Source: Minisyncoccota bacterium (GTDB taxonomy: Bacteria > Patescibacteriota > Minisyncoccia > Phycocordibacterales > JABAAK01). Taken from it: a DNA stretch of 64,000 nucleotides. Made by a program: the position numbers and the translations under genes. Location of the stretch: NCBI GenBank assembly GCA_965204115.1, contig OZ241963.1:10632-74631 (forward strand), written 5' to 3'. Below, piece after piece: positions 1 through 9,252 of the stretch (position 1 is the first letter of the stretch; every line of letters begins with the position of its first letter). The notes beneath the pieces were generated by a model, which was not told the origin of the DNA, did no database searches, and worked only from the letters and a program-made list of their open reading frames with translations.

Positions 1-87
1 CTGGAAGAACTTCTCGCACTACTGATTGAGCGGGAGCAACGCTCTGATTTACCCCCGTGGCTTACTGTTTAGTTCGGTAGGCAAAAA

Positions 88-126
88 GAAACGGAGGTGT
101 GGCTATGAGCCACGCCTCCGTTTCGT
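88..126 (-). terminator. hairpin (cggaggtgtggct / agccacgcctccg, one G-U) with T-run in minus sense; sits in a ~60-bp copy of the DUF378-gene 3-prime region
   Basis: Inverted repeat read directly; minus-sense downstream is tttcttttt. A 33-codon minus-strand ORF remnant ends just upstream with the same ...AVVFIIL(S/N)AKSE C-terminus as the 5690..5944 gene. Confidence 0.35.
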
Positions 127-248
127 ATTGGGTTATTCGCTTTTTGCGCTGAGGATGATGAACACCACCGCCAACAACTTCCGCAAGAGGAAACACCAGA
201 TGCGAATGCTCAGTGAAAAGAAAATGACCATGCTACTATATTCAGTGT

Positions 249-3200
249 ATGACCAATAAACACAACAACATAAGCAAGTATATTTTTCAGAGTGTAGCAG
301 CACTCTTCATTATTTCTTTATTCGTAACCGCATCCCTGCTCACCTATGCGCAGGAGGAGGCACCTGCCACCGAGAAGGCAAATGATCTTCCGTATGAGTT
401 AGGCGTGGTGTTAGTACAGTATGAGGATACGGTATTTCAGGCACAAGTAAACGACGGCGGGGAAGCAGGTGTGGTACAGGTTCCGGGAGGACTCCTTGAT
501 AACCTTGACGGCGACCTAGGACCGGTAGCGATTGTCAATGATCTCCTCACCGAAGAAGGATTTGCACCTAAACTTATCGAACGATTCCCTGACCTTAACG
601 CTGAAGTAATACACCTTGGTGAGGATGTTGATCCACTTTCCGTTATGGACTCACTCATTGCACTACCCGGTGTTGTGTTAGTACAACCAAACTTCCTCTA
701 TGAACCAACACAAGCACCCAATGATCCGAAGCTCAGTGATGCATGGCACCTTATCCATACGCAGGTATACAGTACAGACCAAAGTGACAACGAAACAGCG
801 TGGAAAGCTATAGACGGACTCACTACCGCAACCTATGTACCAACCATCGCTGTGATAGACACCGGCATTGATACGGAGCATCCTGAGTTTAAAGATGTCA
901 GTGCGAACAGAGACAAACCGCAGTTTAACCGGTTGTTGAATTTGTCGCATTGTAATCTTCCTGTTTTCAATCTTGATACAGAGCCGGATCGCACAAAATC
1001 CACTACAACCACTTGTCCCTGGGGTGGCTATAACTTTGCCGGTAATAGCAATGATGTCCGCCATTCTGCCCGTGGCTCTGATATTAACGCCGGAATCTAT
1101 AGCAGCGCGTCGTATCACGGAACCAGAGTTGCCGGAGTCGCCGCGGCAAACCGAGATAACGAACTTGGTGCAGTCGGAGTTGCTCCGTTCGCTCATATCA
1201 TGCCCATTCGTGTAGCTTTTGCTGATACAAGAACTATTCTTAAAAGCGTCGCTTTTGCTCGGTTGAATGGGGCGGATGTTATCAATGCGAGTTTTGGTAC
1301 ATCGCATCCCAATACGCTGTGTTCCCACTTGTATCGCTCCGGTAGAACATCGCAGTCCCTTTTGGAATATCAACAAATTCGTAATTTCCCCGGGCTGTTT
1401 GTTGCTGCCGCAGGTAACCAGGGCAGAAGAATAAGTGACAATGGGCATTCCTTTGATTTGCCCGCTGATTTTAATCAGGATATGAGTGCACAAGGGTGCT
1501 GGGACGCGGCGCCGAATGTTCTATCTGTCGGCGGGACAGAAAAGGGTAAGGACATAGATGGTGATACTACGCTTACCGCTGCTGAAGAGGCCACTGTAGC
1601 AGCACAGGGGATAGATGAGGTTCGTTGGAAGGTCAGCGAATATGCCGAAGAAGGTTCCAATTATAGTGCGGGGGTAGATATCGCCGCGCCGGCACAAAAT
1701 ATCGTCCTGCCGTCAGTAACTACGGTTGATGGTCAGAAAGTGTATGGGACAGAAGCGATAGAAGGCACCTCCTTTTCTGCACCGCAGGTCGCCGGCGTTG
1801 TCGCCTTGATGCTGCGAGCGAACAAAGACCTGACAACAGCACAGATAAAGCAACGGCTGCTTGAATCAGCGGATGAGTTGGTTGCTCTGGTGGGTCCTGA
1901 TTGTGAGCCGGGTACTGTTGATGATTATGTCTATCGAGGAAGAAGATTGAATGCGTACAATGCGGTTCGGGCTGCTTTGGATCTTCCGTATACAAAGAAG
2001 CGTGTGTCTGATTTGACTGACGCTCAGAAAAACACCTGTCTTCAGGGGGGTAAGGATTTGGACGGCAATGGTCTTATAGAAATCAACACGGCTGAGCAGT
2101 TGTATAATATGCGGCATAATCTCGCGGGTACCAGTTACAAAACCAGCAGCACGGACCCGGGTGTTACCACTGGCTGCCCCTCAACGGGATGTTACGGCTA
2201 TGAACTGGTGCATGATGTTGATTTGCGTGATACTCCGTGGGAAACTGCCGGTTGGATGCCGATTGATGGCTTTAGCGGAACCTTCAAGAACAATAGATAC
2301 TTTGTCTATTATCTTTCCAGTGTTCGTCCTTCCTCGGCGGGGCATAGGATTTTCGGTACCAGTGATGCTGCCGCAAAGGTGCAGGATCCGGTGTTTTACG
2401 GTGATGCGTATTGGGGTTGTGATTCCGGCACGCGTACGGGCTGTGTTTTGCAATCGGCCAACCATCTGAGTACCGCTTCCGGCTCCTGTTCAGGCGGTGG
2501 TGTCGGCTCCTGTTCCTATCGCTGTGAAAAAGGTTCCTGGGTTGAGGTGACGAATACCTGTCCGCAGGCCGTTTCCTGTGTTACTGATCTCGGCACGCTT
2601 TCAAATGACACTGTTTCTCAGCAAGGTTCCTTCGGGTCCGGCTGTGAAAGTACTGTTCGTTTACGGAGTTATGCGCATTATTATACTTTCACCTTGAGCG
2701 AGCAGAAAAAGGTTACCATTGATCTGGCCGGGAATGCCGGCTCTCTTTCAATTACGCGCCCTAATGCTTACCTGTACCTGAGTAACAATACATCCACAAA
2801 GTGGAATCGTTCGGGCAGTATCATAACGAGCGATGACCATAGCGGCGCTACTCTCGGTGCTGCGCGTATTACGCGTGTTCTCTCTCCCGGCACCTACACT
2901 ATAGAAGCGACAACTGCTTATTCTGCGGAAACCGGCCCTTACACTATGCGTGTGAGTGCCGCTGCTGTGACCATCAGTAATTGTCCCGGAAATACTAATC
3001 ACCTATGGCGTGTGGGTAATGATGTCTGCACCGGTGTTCTTCAGCCCACTGCTGTAAATGCCTCGCAGACCGTTGTTGATCAGTCGGGGTCAACCACAGG
3101 TTCTGTAACCTACCACTGTGATGTCAACGGCTATCTGACCGAAACTGATGTCACCTGTAGCCGCGCAACTGTTACCTGTCCTGCTGCTGACAAAACATGG

Positions 3201-4166
3201 GTTCAGGGTAGTGCCACTTGTCAAGGTAGTATGCGTGCTGCACCTGCAGGGAGCGCGCGAACCATTGCTGATCAGTTGGAGCCAACGGTCGGCTCCGCCA
3301 CCTATCAGTGCGGCACTGACGGTCGTTGGAGTGCAGTCGGCAATGTGACCTGTATGCCCGGTGTCTGTCCATCTGTTGATCAGGCATGGACTGTAGGCCA
3401 TTTTGTTTGTCGTGGTAGTACCGGTACCGCCACTGCGGGCAGTGTGCAATCTGCTGTTGATGCGGTAGGGTCGGAGACCGGATCTGCAAGCTATCGGTGT
3501 GGTGTTGATGGCCGTTGGACCGCAACAGGAAACGCTGTGTGTGTTGCCGTCGCCTGCCCGGCAATTTCCAATCAAGAATGGTTGACCGCCAATGGTCGTA
3601 GAAGATGTAGCGCGGACCTTGCCGGTGCCGTTCCGGGGGATTCACAGACCATCACTGATACTACCGCACCAACTGCCGGTTCCGCCACCTATCAGTGCGG
3701 TACTGACGGTCGTTGGACCAAGACATCTGGCACCTGTGATCTCATTACTTGCCCTGCTGTTGTTAATCAAACATGGACGGTGAGCGGCAGTACCTGCGAT
3801 AGTCCTCTCGTTTCCGTTCTTGCAGGTGAATCAATGAGAATATGGGACAGAGAGGGGCCGACAATCGGCGCTGCTGAATATCAATGCGGTGTTGACGGCG
3901 CCTGGGTTAAAACCGGTGGAAACTGCGTTAGTTCCGTGAAGACCTGTCCGTCTATCGCCAGTCAGGTATGGGAGGTGAACGGTAACACCTGCACCCGAAA
4001 TAGATCCATACCTACCACTGCCATTGGTGAATCAGCAACCGTGCTTGATACCAATAGACCAACCATTGGTGTCGCGACCTACCGCTGCGGTACTGACGGC
4101 ACCTGGACCCGAACCAGCGCGATCTGCAACGAAATTGCCACCACACCACCCGATCCGGAAGGATAG
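249..4166 (+). CDS. secreted subtilisin-like serine peptidase (S8 family) with signal peptide and propeptide, GLUG-like region, PPC domain and six C-terminal four-cysteine repeats
   Basis: Catalytic motifs are in S8 order: VIDTGID (Asp), HGTRVAG (His), GTSFSAPQVAG (Ser). Hydrophobic N-terminus. Motif GFSGTF resembles GLUG (FTGTFDG). The PPC-like stretch is YYTFTL...LSPGTYTIEA. It is followed by repeated CP..Q.WTV.G..C...GSATYQCG.DGRW...C units. Confidence 0.85.
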   Translation: MTNKHNNISKYIFQSVAALFIISLFVTASLLTYAQEEAPATEKANDLPYELGVVLVQYEDTVFQAQVNDGGEAGVVQVPGGLLDNLDGDLGPVAIVNDLLTEEGFAPKLIERFPDLNAEVIHLGEDVDPLSVMDSLIALPGVVLVQPNFLYEPTQAPNDPKLSDAWHLIHTQVYSTDQSDNETAWKAIDGLTTATYVPTIAVIDTGIDTEHPEFKDVSANRDKPQFNRLLNLSHCNLPVFNLDTEPDRTKSTTTTCPWGGYNFAGNSNDVRHSARGSDINAGIYSSASYHGTRVAGVAAANRDNELGAVGVAPFAHIMPIRVAFADTRTILKSVAFARLNGADVINASFGTSHPNTLCSHLYRSGRTSQSLLEYQQIRNFPGLFVAAAGNQGRRISDNGHSFDLPADFNQDMSAQGCWDAAPNVLSVGGTEKGKDIDGDTTLTAAEEATVAAQGIDEVRWKVSEYAEEGSNYSAGVDIAAPAQNIVLPSVTTVDGQKVYGTEAIEGTSFSAPQVAGVVALMLRANKDLTTAQIKQRLLESADELVALVGPDCEPGTVDDYVYRGRRLNAYNAVRAALDLPYTKKRVSDLTDAQKNTCLQGGKDLDGNGLIEINTAEQLYNMRHNLAGTSYKTSSTDPGVTTGCPSTGCYGYELVHDVDLRDTPWETAGWMPIDGFSGTFKNNRYFVYYLSSVRPSSAGHRIFGTSDAAAKVQDPVFYGDAYWGCDSGTRTGCVLQSANHLSTASGSCSGGGVGSCSYRCEKGSWVEVTNTCPQAVSCVTDLGTLSNDTVSQQGSFGSGCESTVRLRSYAHYYTFTLSEQKKVTIDLAGNAGSLSITRPNAYLYLSNNTSTKWNRSGSIITSDDHSGATLGAARITRVLSPGTYTIEATTAYSAETGPYTMRVSAAAVTISNCPGNTNHLWRVGNDVCTGVLQPTAVNASQTVVDQSGSTTGSVTYHCDVNGYLTETDVTCSRATVTCPAADKTWVQGSATCQGSMRAAPAGSARTIADQLEPTVGSATYQCGTDGRWSAVGNVTCMPGVCPSVDQAWTVGHFVCRGSTGTATAGSVQSAVDAVGSETGSASYRCGVDGRWTATGNAVCVAVACPAISNQEWLTANGRRRCSADLAGAVPGDSQTITDTTAPTAGSATYQCGTDGRWTKTSGTCDLITCPAVVNQTWTVSGSTCDSPLVSVLAGESMRIWDREGPTIGAAEYQCGVDGAWVKTGGNCVSSVKTCPSIASQVWEVNGNTCTRNRSIPTTAIGESATVLDTNRPTIGVATYRCGTDGTWTRTSAICNEIATTPPDPEG

Positions 4167-4405
4167 TTTCATATTACTTATCCTGACAGCGTCAGATATG
4201 CGTTTGTCGGGCGTGTAGCATGTATTTTGTTTGGCGGAGGACTGCTATTGGTTGCATATGTGTGCACTTCGCTGTTTTTTTGTGCTGTATACTATGGGTG
4301 TTTCACTCTCTTTCTTTTGTGTGGAAATTGTTGGGTTGCTTTGGTTGGGGGTGTTATGATAGGGGAGTGCATCCCACTTTATTTCCTAATTTGTATACTA
4401 TGACT

Positions 4406-5620
4406 ATGTACATAAAAAATAAAAATACACGATGGCATTTGGCGATGGGGCTATTTGCCCTCATTTTCTTTTTTTCATTCGGTGCTGTTTTCCCGGTTGT
4501 TGGTCAGGCGATGCCTGATCAGGATACTGATACTGAGCAGTGTGATGACTCTGCGCGAAAGCAGTTTGAGCGGGAGTTTGAGGAAAAACTTACCGCTTAC
4601 TTTCGTTCTCCGATGTCTCCGGAACGAAGGAAGCGATATGATGCAAGTTGGAAGTGTCAAATGAATGAATCATCCCTTCTTGATTACCGTGAAGATTCCT
4701 GTATTGATAAAACATTTAGTAATTTGCCGGGTGACCGATCTTCTAGGTTGAAGGGCAAACTCTTTTTTATAGATGATGATTATCGGTACTCCCTTCCGTG
4801 GACGCATCAGGCGAGTACCAAATCTCTTCTTGATGTGCTTCACCCTAAGGGGAGTACTGATTTTTTCCCGTTTGCTGCCGGTCTCGGGTATTCGGTTACC
4901 GGTGACTACACTGTGTCGGGAGGTATGGCAGCGCAATACAGAAAAACCCCCAGAAATTCGCTGGTCTCTATGTCGGCGGTATGGGTGCGGCATAAGCCGG
5001 TTTTGGTGGATGGCTCTTTAGTTTTGCCATATATCAATTCTGCTGATCTTGGCAAGCATGGTTGCCTCATCTCAACGGTGGGCAATAATGATGACCCTCT
5101 GATTTCTATGACTTCTGCGGAAAGGGCACACATCAAGAAGGTTGTTACGGATGAGAATGCCTGTGTTTTGTTTATTGCTCGTATATCGCAAAATCAAGAG
5201 GGTAGGGGTTCTCTTTCAGGTCCTTGCAGTGAGGAGTTGCGGGAATCGTGCCTTTTCTCTCATGGAAACTTCACTATTCCTCTGAAAACTGTGGACGGCA
5301 CCCGTAGTTATGGTAACCAAGAGTACACAAGCACCTCTTCGGTCGCACCGTATGTTGCTGAGGTTTTTGCGCGGTTGTGGAACTTTTTGCCGGCAGGTAC
5401 TGATGTGCGGGTTGCGCGGGACATCATCGCCGGGTGCACCTTCGGATTTGCCGGTACGGCTCAGGCGTATGATAAAGTTGCCGGTGGTCGGTTGAGTTTG
5501 GAGTGTGTTCGTGAGCAGGCGCAGGCGCTGTTTTATCGTGCGTTGGCGGCACAGGGGGCAGATACACTGTTCGGTCCTGCGTGTGAGGAAGAGGAGCAGG
5601 GAAGTGAGAGCAGTGAGTAG
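4406..5620 (+). CDS. secreted hypothetical protein (signal peptide); possibly a divergent subtilase-like fold
   Basis: The ORF track gives 4220..5620. I prefer ATG 4406 (MYIKNKNTRWHLAMGLFALIFFFSFGAVFPVVGQA is a signal-peptide-like N-terminus). A TATACT box sits immediately upstream. TSTSSVAPYVAEV weakly resembles the S8 Ser motif. Confidence 0.5.
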   Translation: MYIKNKNTRWHLAMGLFALIFFFSFGAVFPVVGQAMPDQDTDTEQCDDSARKQFEREFEEKLTAYFRSPMSPERRKRYDASWKCQMNESSLLDYREDSCIDKTFSNLPGDRSSRLKGKLFFIDDDYRYSLPWTHQASTKSLLDVLHPKGSTDFFPFAAGLGYSVTGDYTVSGGMAAQYRKTPRNSLVSMSAVWVRHKPVLVDGSLVLPYINSADLGKHGCLISTVGNNDDPLISMTSAERAHIKKVVTDENACVLFIARISQNQEGRGSLSGPCSEELRESCLFSHGNFTIPLKTVDGTRSYGNQEYTSTSSVAPYVAEVFARLWNFLPAGTDVRVARDIIAGCTFGFAGTAQAYDKVAGGRLSLECVREQAQALFYRALAAQGADTLFGPACEEEEQGSESSE

Positions 5621-5689
5621 TGACTCAGGTAGCCACCTACACCCCTACAAACATAGTTTCATTGAGCTACATCTCCGTTTCATATTGGG

Positions 5690-5944
5690 TTATTCGCTTT
5701 TTGCGTTGAGGATGATGAACACCACCGCTGCTATTCCGACTATGGCGTAGGTGATGTCGGCGAAAATCAGTGGGGTTTTTAGGAGGCCGACCCAGAACCA
5801 GTCAACCAAGTCAAATGATCGGTTGAAAAGGATGCTTGCAGTTCCGACTATCCCCCAGTTGAGTGCGCCGATGATGGTGATAATTTTTGTGATGCGATAG
5901 AGTAGCATAGACTTGCTGTGTAATGAAATAATAAACCGAAACAT
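5690..5944 (-). CDS. small two-TM membrane protein, DUF378-like (IGALNWG motif)
   Basis: 84-aa ORF with two hydrophobic segments and the IIGALNWGIVG motif typical of the DUF378/YuzA family. Confidence 0.55.
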   Translation of the reverse strand: MFRFIISLHSKSMLLYRITKIITIIGALNWGIVGTASILFNRSFDLVDWFWVGLLKTPLIFADITYAIVGIAAVVFIILNAKSE

Positions 5945-6069
5945 ATGTTGTTTCGTATATGTTATGTAGTATACCCCGGGAATCTCGGATTATATGCTTT
6001 TTAGTGGGTGTTGGGGAGAGGGCTGCTGTCTGGTTTACGGTTGTTGTATTGGTGGTATACTGGGTGTGT

Positions 6070-9009
6070 ATGAGGTACAAGCGGTTGTTTTTTGTGTTTA
6101 TTGTTCCGGCGTTGCTTTTTTCTTTTGTCCTGTTGGCGGTAGCAACTTTTTCTCCGTTGGGTGTGTGGTTTGCTACGGTCACCAATGCTATAGCACAATC
6201 AGACACCACCCCACCTACGGTTATTGCCGCAGAAACCAAGTACTACGCTGACAGTACGCTGTCAACGGTACTTGCTAACAGTTCTAACCGAAAAGCAGGA
6301 CAGGACATCTACACCAAGGTGAAGTTCTCAGAAAATGTTGTTACCCCACGACTGTGGCACCTCATTGGCTTCACGACAACGGGGTACAATCTTGTTGCAC
6401 ACGATGCCACCCTTTCAAGTGGCGAATGTAAACCAAAGAGCAGTACCGATACCAGTGAGTACACTTGTCGCTACACGACTGCCTCAAACACCAACGGTGT
6501 CTTCAGATTGGTTGTTGACGGTGCCTCTGACCAAGCGGGTAATACCCTCACCGCACTGTATTCCCACAGCGACACCCTTACCCTTGACAGTACACCGGCA
6601 ACCGTTGCGCAAGCACCTACCGGTCTCTCTGTCTCTCCCGGTACTGACGGTACCTCTCTTGCTGTTTCCTGGGCTGCAGTAGGCACTGCTACCGACTGGG
6701 ATGTGGCATACAGTAGGATTTTCTTGAACACCGATCGTACCGCCTACAGTAACTACCGCTCATGGCGAGATGCAGGACACACCGGCACCACCCCCTCTCA
6801 CACTATTACCGGCTTGCGGAATGGCGACCTCTATGCCGTACGCGTTCGTGCTGCTGACGGCTCCTGGACTCAGGAGGTGCAAGGAAGACCTCTCTCCTCA
6901 AACGCTCGTCTGAGCACCCTCTCAGCACAGGGCTACACGAAGCGTGGTACTTCTTCGGCTTTGACGCTTGCACCGGCATTTGACGCAAACACCACCACAT
7001 ACACCACCTCAGTCGGTCATTCAGTCACCTCGGTGAAACTGTCATTTACCCTTGCCGGACCCTGTGCCTACACGAACGAAGGCCCGAACGGCTTCACCTA
7101 CACCGGCTGGTGTCCTATGGCGGAGTCAGGCAAGCGAGGTGCAACACGCACCGATGCCGATTCCAGTTCCTCAGAGAGTACTCGTGTTGCCCTTACTGAC
7201 GGTGATACCGTGATTGATGTTGTCGTTACCTCGCAGGATGGCACCACCACCAACACCTACACGGTTACGGTCACCCGAGAGTCCGCCACACAGACCGACA
7301 CGAGAGCATACGGTAGTCCGTTTACCGCGCCTACCTCGTTTACGCTTACCCCCGGAGAGAGTAAGCTTGCCGTTTCTTGGGGTGCCCCCATACTCGGCGA
7401 CCGAGAACTACTCAGCTATACGCTGCGTTACAAGCGCAGTACCGCTCCTGATGCGGATGGTGCCGGTAACCCTGCTCAAGGGTGGGTAACCCAATCTTTT
7501 GGGATATCTTACGGTGCGGACGCTCCTATGCGCACCACCATCGGCTCATTACGTAACCTTATCTCCTATGATGTGCAGGTGCGTGCACGCGCTCGCTCTA
7601 CCGCAGACGGTGTCTATGTGTACAGTCCATGGGCAACCGGACAGGCAACCCCGGTCTTTGAGCCGGTTTCACTCTCGGATCTCTACACCTTCCCCTGGAC
7701 CGGTGAGATACCACTCCGAGAGATAGATGGCAGTATCGGGTGTAACTCGGTAACGGAGTGTTCTACCTCTTTCACCCTGGAGCGGAATGGTTCTAATCCG
7801 GATACGAGGTACCACATCAAAGAGGTGCTCCTCTCCCCTGATGGACACCTCAGTATTACCCTGCGAGACAGACCGTTTCGGGAGGTGCTTGATGGACTCT
7901 CCCTGTATGTGCGTGATATGCGTATGTCGTACGGTGACTGGTGTGAGAATGTGCAGCGGAGGCGAACAAACTTACCGGGACAGCTGCTTCCACCAATCTC
8001 TGACCCCCGCTACTTCTCAGTCGGAGATGCCGTCAGATCAAACTCCAACAAAACCATAACCTTCCGTAACACCGGCTTGGTATGGTTTACGCTGGAGGAC
8101 GGCAACGAAGGACAAACCACCCGCAACATTATGCCGAAAACCGAGATTGGCTTTACGAAGGAGGATGGTTCTGATGTTGCAGAAACCTCGCCGATTCGTG
8201 GATGTCCTCTTGTTGAGTACAATCGCTATATACGAGAACTTGAACGGGGCGTTGTGCCGATTATACGGGAGCAATTTATACCACAGCGGTTGTCCGGGTT
8301 GCAAGTGCCTGATCCTGACCAGTTGCAGCGGCAGGTACCGCAGGTACCGCCGGAGAATACTCCTCGGGAGCGACTACCGGGAACCTCCGGTGAGCCGTCA
8401 GCGGTGTTGGTTCGTGATATTGGTACACCGCAAGACCCGCCACGAGACAATCCTCCGGAGGACGGCTCGCCACAACCCCAACGGCAAACACTGTCAGAAG
8501 ATCGAGAGCCGGACACCGATCGTCAACAACGAACCCCGTCTGAAGAGCAGCCGAGGGTGATTATTGTTCGTGATACCAGGTCATCAGAGCGGGATCCGCA
8601 GCCCCAGCGGCAGGCGACACCGGAAGGTCAGGACCCGGACACTGATCGTCAACAACAAACCCCACCTGAAGAGCAGCCGAGAGTGATTCTTGTTCGTGAT
8701 ACCAGATCATCAGAGCAGCCGCCGCAGCCCCAACGGCAGGCGACACCGGAAGGTCAGGACCCGGACAGCAATCGTCGTCCGTTATCAGGGCGAGTGTTGT
8801 CTGAACAGCCCCGTCCGAATACGCCTCTGTCTGATGGATCAGAACCACAAGAGCAGTCCACAACCACCCCTCCGCCTGAAGAAGACACAGAAGAGTCGTC
8901 ACAAGAGGGCGGTGAGGGTGAGGAAGAGCAGAAAGCGTCTACCGTCCGCTCAATCGCCCGTTATTTGCAATCTATCGTGTCAGACATTTTCTCATTTTTG
9001 ACGAAGTAG
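6070..9009 (+). CDS. secreted/membrane-anchored surface protein with FN3 and cadherin-like beta-sandwich domains and a Pro/Gln/Arg-rich repetitive C-terminus
   Basis: The track ORF starts at 5959. I prefer ATG 6070 (MRYKRLFFVFIVPALLFSFVLLAVA). FN3-like segments are PTGLSVSPG...YAVRVRA and PTSFTLTPGES...YDVQVRARA. The cadherin-like segment is LSTLSAQGY...TYTVTVTR. It shares a ~140-aa domain with the giant protein. Confidence 0.7.
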   Translation: MRYKRLFFVFIVPALLFSFVLLAVATFSPLGVWFATVTNAIAQSDTTPPTVIAAETKYYADSTLSTVLANSSNRKAGQDIYTKVKFSENVVTPRLWHLIGFTTTGYNLVAHDATLSSGECKPKSSTDTSEYTCRYTTASNTNGVFRLVVDGASDQAGNTLTALYSHSDTLTLDSTPATVAQAPTGLSVSPGTDGTSLAVSWAAVGTATDWDVAYSRIFLNTDRTAYSNYRSWRDAGHTGTTPSHTITGLRNGDLYAVRVRAADGSWTQEVQGRPLSSNARLSTLSAQGYTKRGTSSALTLAPAFDANTTTYTTSVGHSVTSVKLSFTLAGPCAYTNEGPNGFTYTGWCPMAESGKRGATRTDADSSSSESTRVALTDGDTVIDVVVTSQDGTTTNTYTVTVTRESATQTDTRAYGSPFTAPTSFTLTPGESKLAVSWGAPILGDRELLSYTLRYKRSTAPDADGAGNPAQGWVTQSFGISYGADAPMRTTIGSLRNLISYDVQVRARARSTADGVYVYSPWATGQATPVFEPVSLSDLYTFPWTGEIPLREIDGSIGCNSVTECSTSFTLERNGSNPDTRYHIKEVLLSPDGHLSITLRDRPFREVLDGLSLYVRDMRMSYGDWCENVQRRRTNLPGQLLPPISDPRYFSVGDAVRSNSNKTITFRNTGLVWFTLEDGNEGQTTRNIMPKTEIGFTKEDGSDVAETSPIRGCPLVEYNRYIRELERGVVPIIREQFIPQRLSGLQVPDPDQLQRQVPQVPPENTPRERLPGTSGEPSAVLVRDIGTPQDPPRDNPPEDGSPQPQRQTLSEDREPDTDRQQRTPSEEQPRVIIVRDTRSSERDPQPQRQATPEGQDPDTDRQQQTPPEEQPRVILVRDTRSSEQPPQPQRQATPEGQDPDSNRRPLSGRVLSEQPRPNTPLSDGSEPQEQSTTTPPPEEDTEESSQEGGEGEEEQKASTVRSIARYLQSIVSDIFSFLTK
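8470..8800 (+). repeat. in-frame tandem repeats (~126-bp period, ~2.5 copies) encoding a PQPQRQ..PDTDRQQ.TP.EEQPRVI.VRDTRSSE unit
   Basis: Near-identical nucleotide blocks are visible around 8548-8673 and 8674-8799, with a partial preceding copy. They are coding, not CRISPR. Confidence 0.6.
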
Positions 9010-9252
9010 GCGGCAGTGAACACCTTTGATTTTTTGACGCTGCTGTTTGTGTGGCATATGACCGATTCTTGTCAGTGATGTGTTGTTGTGTTTTTTATAC
9101 TGAGGTGACTTTTGCTGCTTTTTACTAGTGTATATGTGTTGTCTGGTGTAGTTTTGTGTGGAAAAAATCAGGTGCAATTGTTTTTTGATGGCATTCTGTT
9201 AGAGTTGGTTGTGGTGGTTTATTTATTATTATTTCATTACATTTTAGAAAAT

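Noticed and set aside
26-259. 77-aa plus-strand ORF at the window start, and 5505..5750, sharing the peptide LGYSLFALRMMNTTA
   Set aside because: The shared peptide arises because both read the antisense of the duplicated DUF378 3-prime fragment. They are non-coding leader or intergenic sequence.
437-1493. Minus-strand ORFs 437..658, 678..1493, 973..1215 and similar, with counterparts at 25492..25936
   Set aside because: They are fully antisense to a well-supported S8 protease CDS and have odd, repetitive, low-complexity translations. They are useful only as confirmation that the two copies are nucleotide-identical.
8470-8800. Possible CRISPR array suggested by regular tandem repeats
   Set aside because: The repeats are 126-bp units inside an open reading frame and encode a repeated peptide. 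There are no short repeat/unique-spacer alternation and no cas genes.
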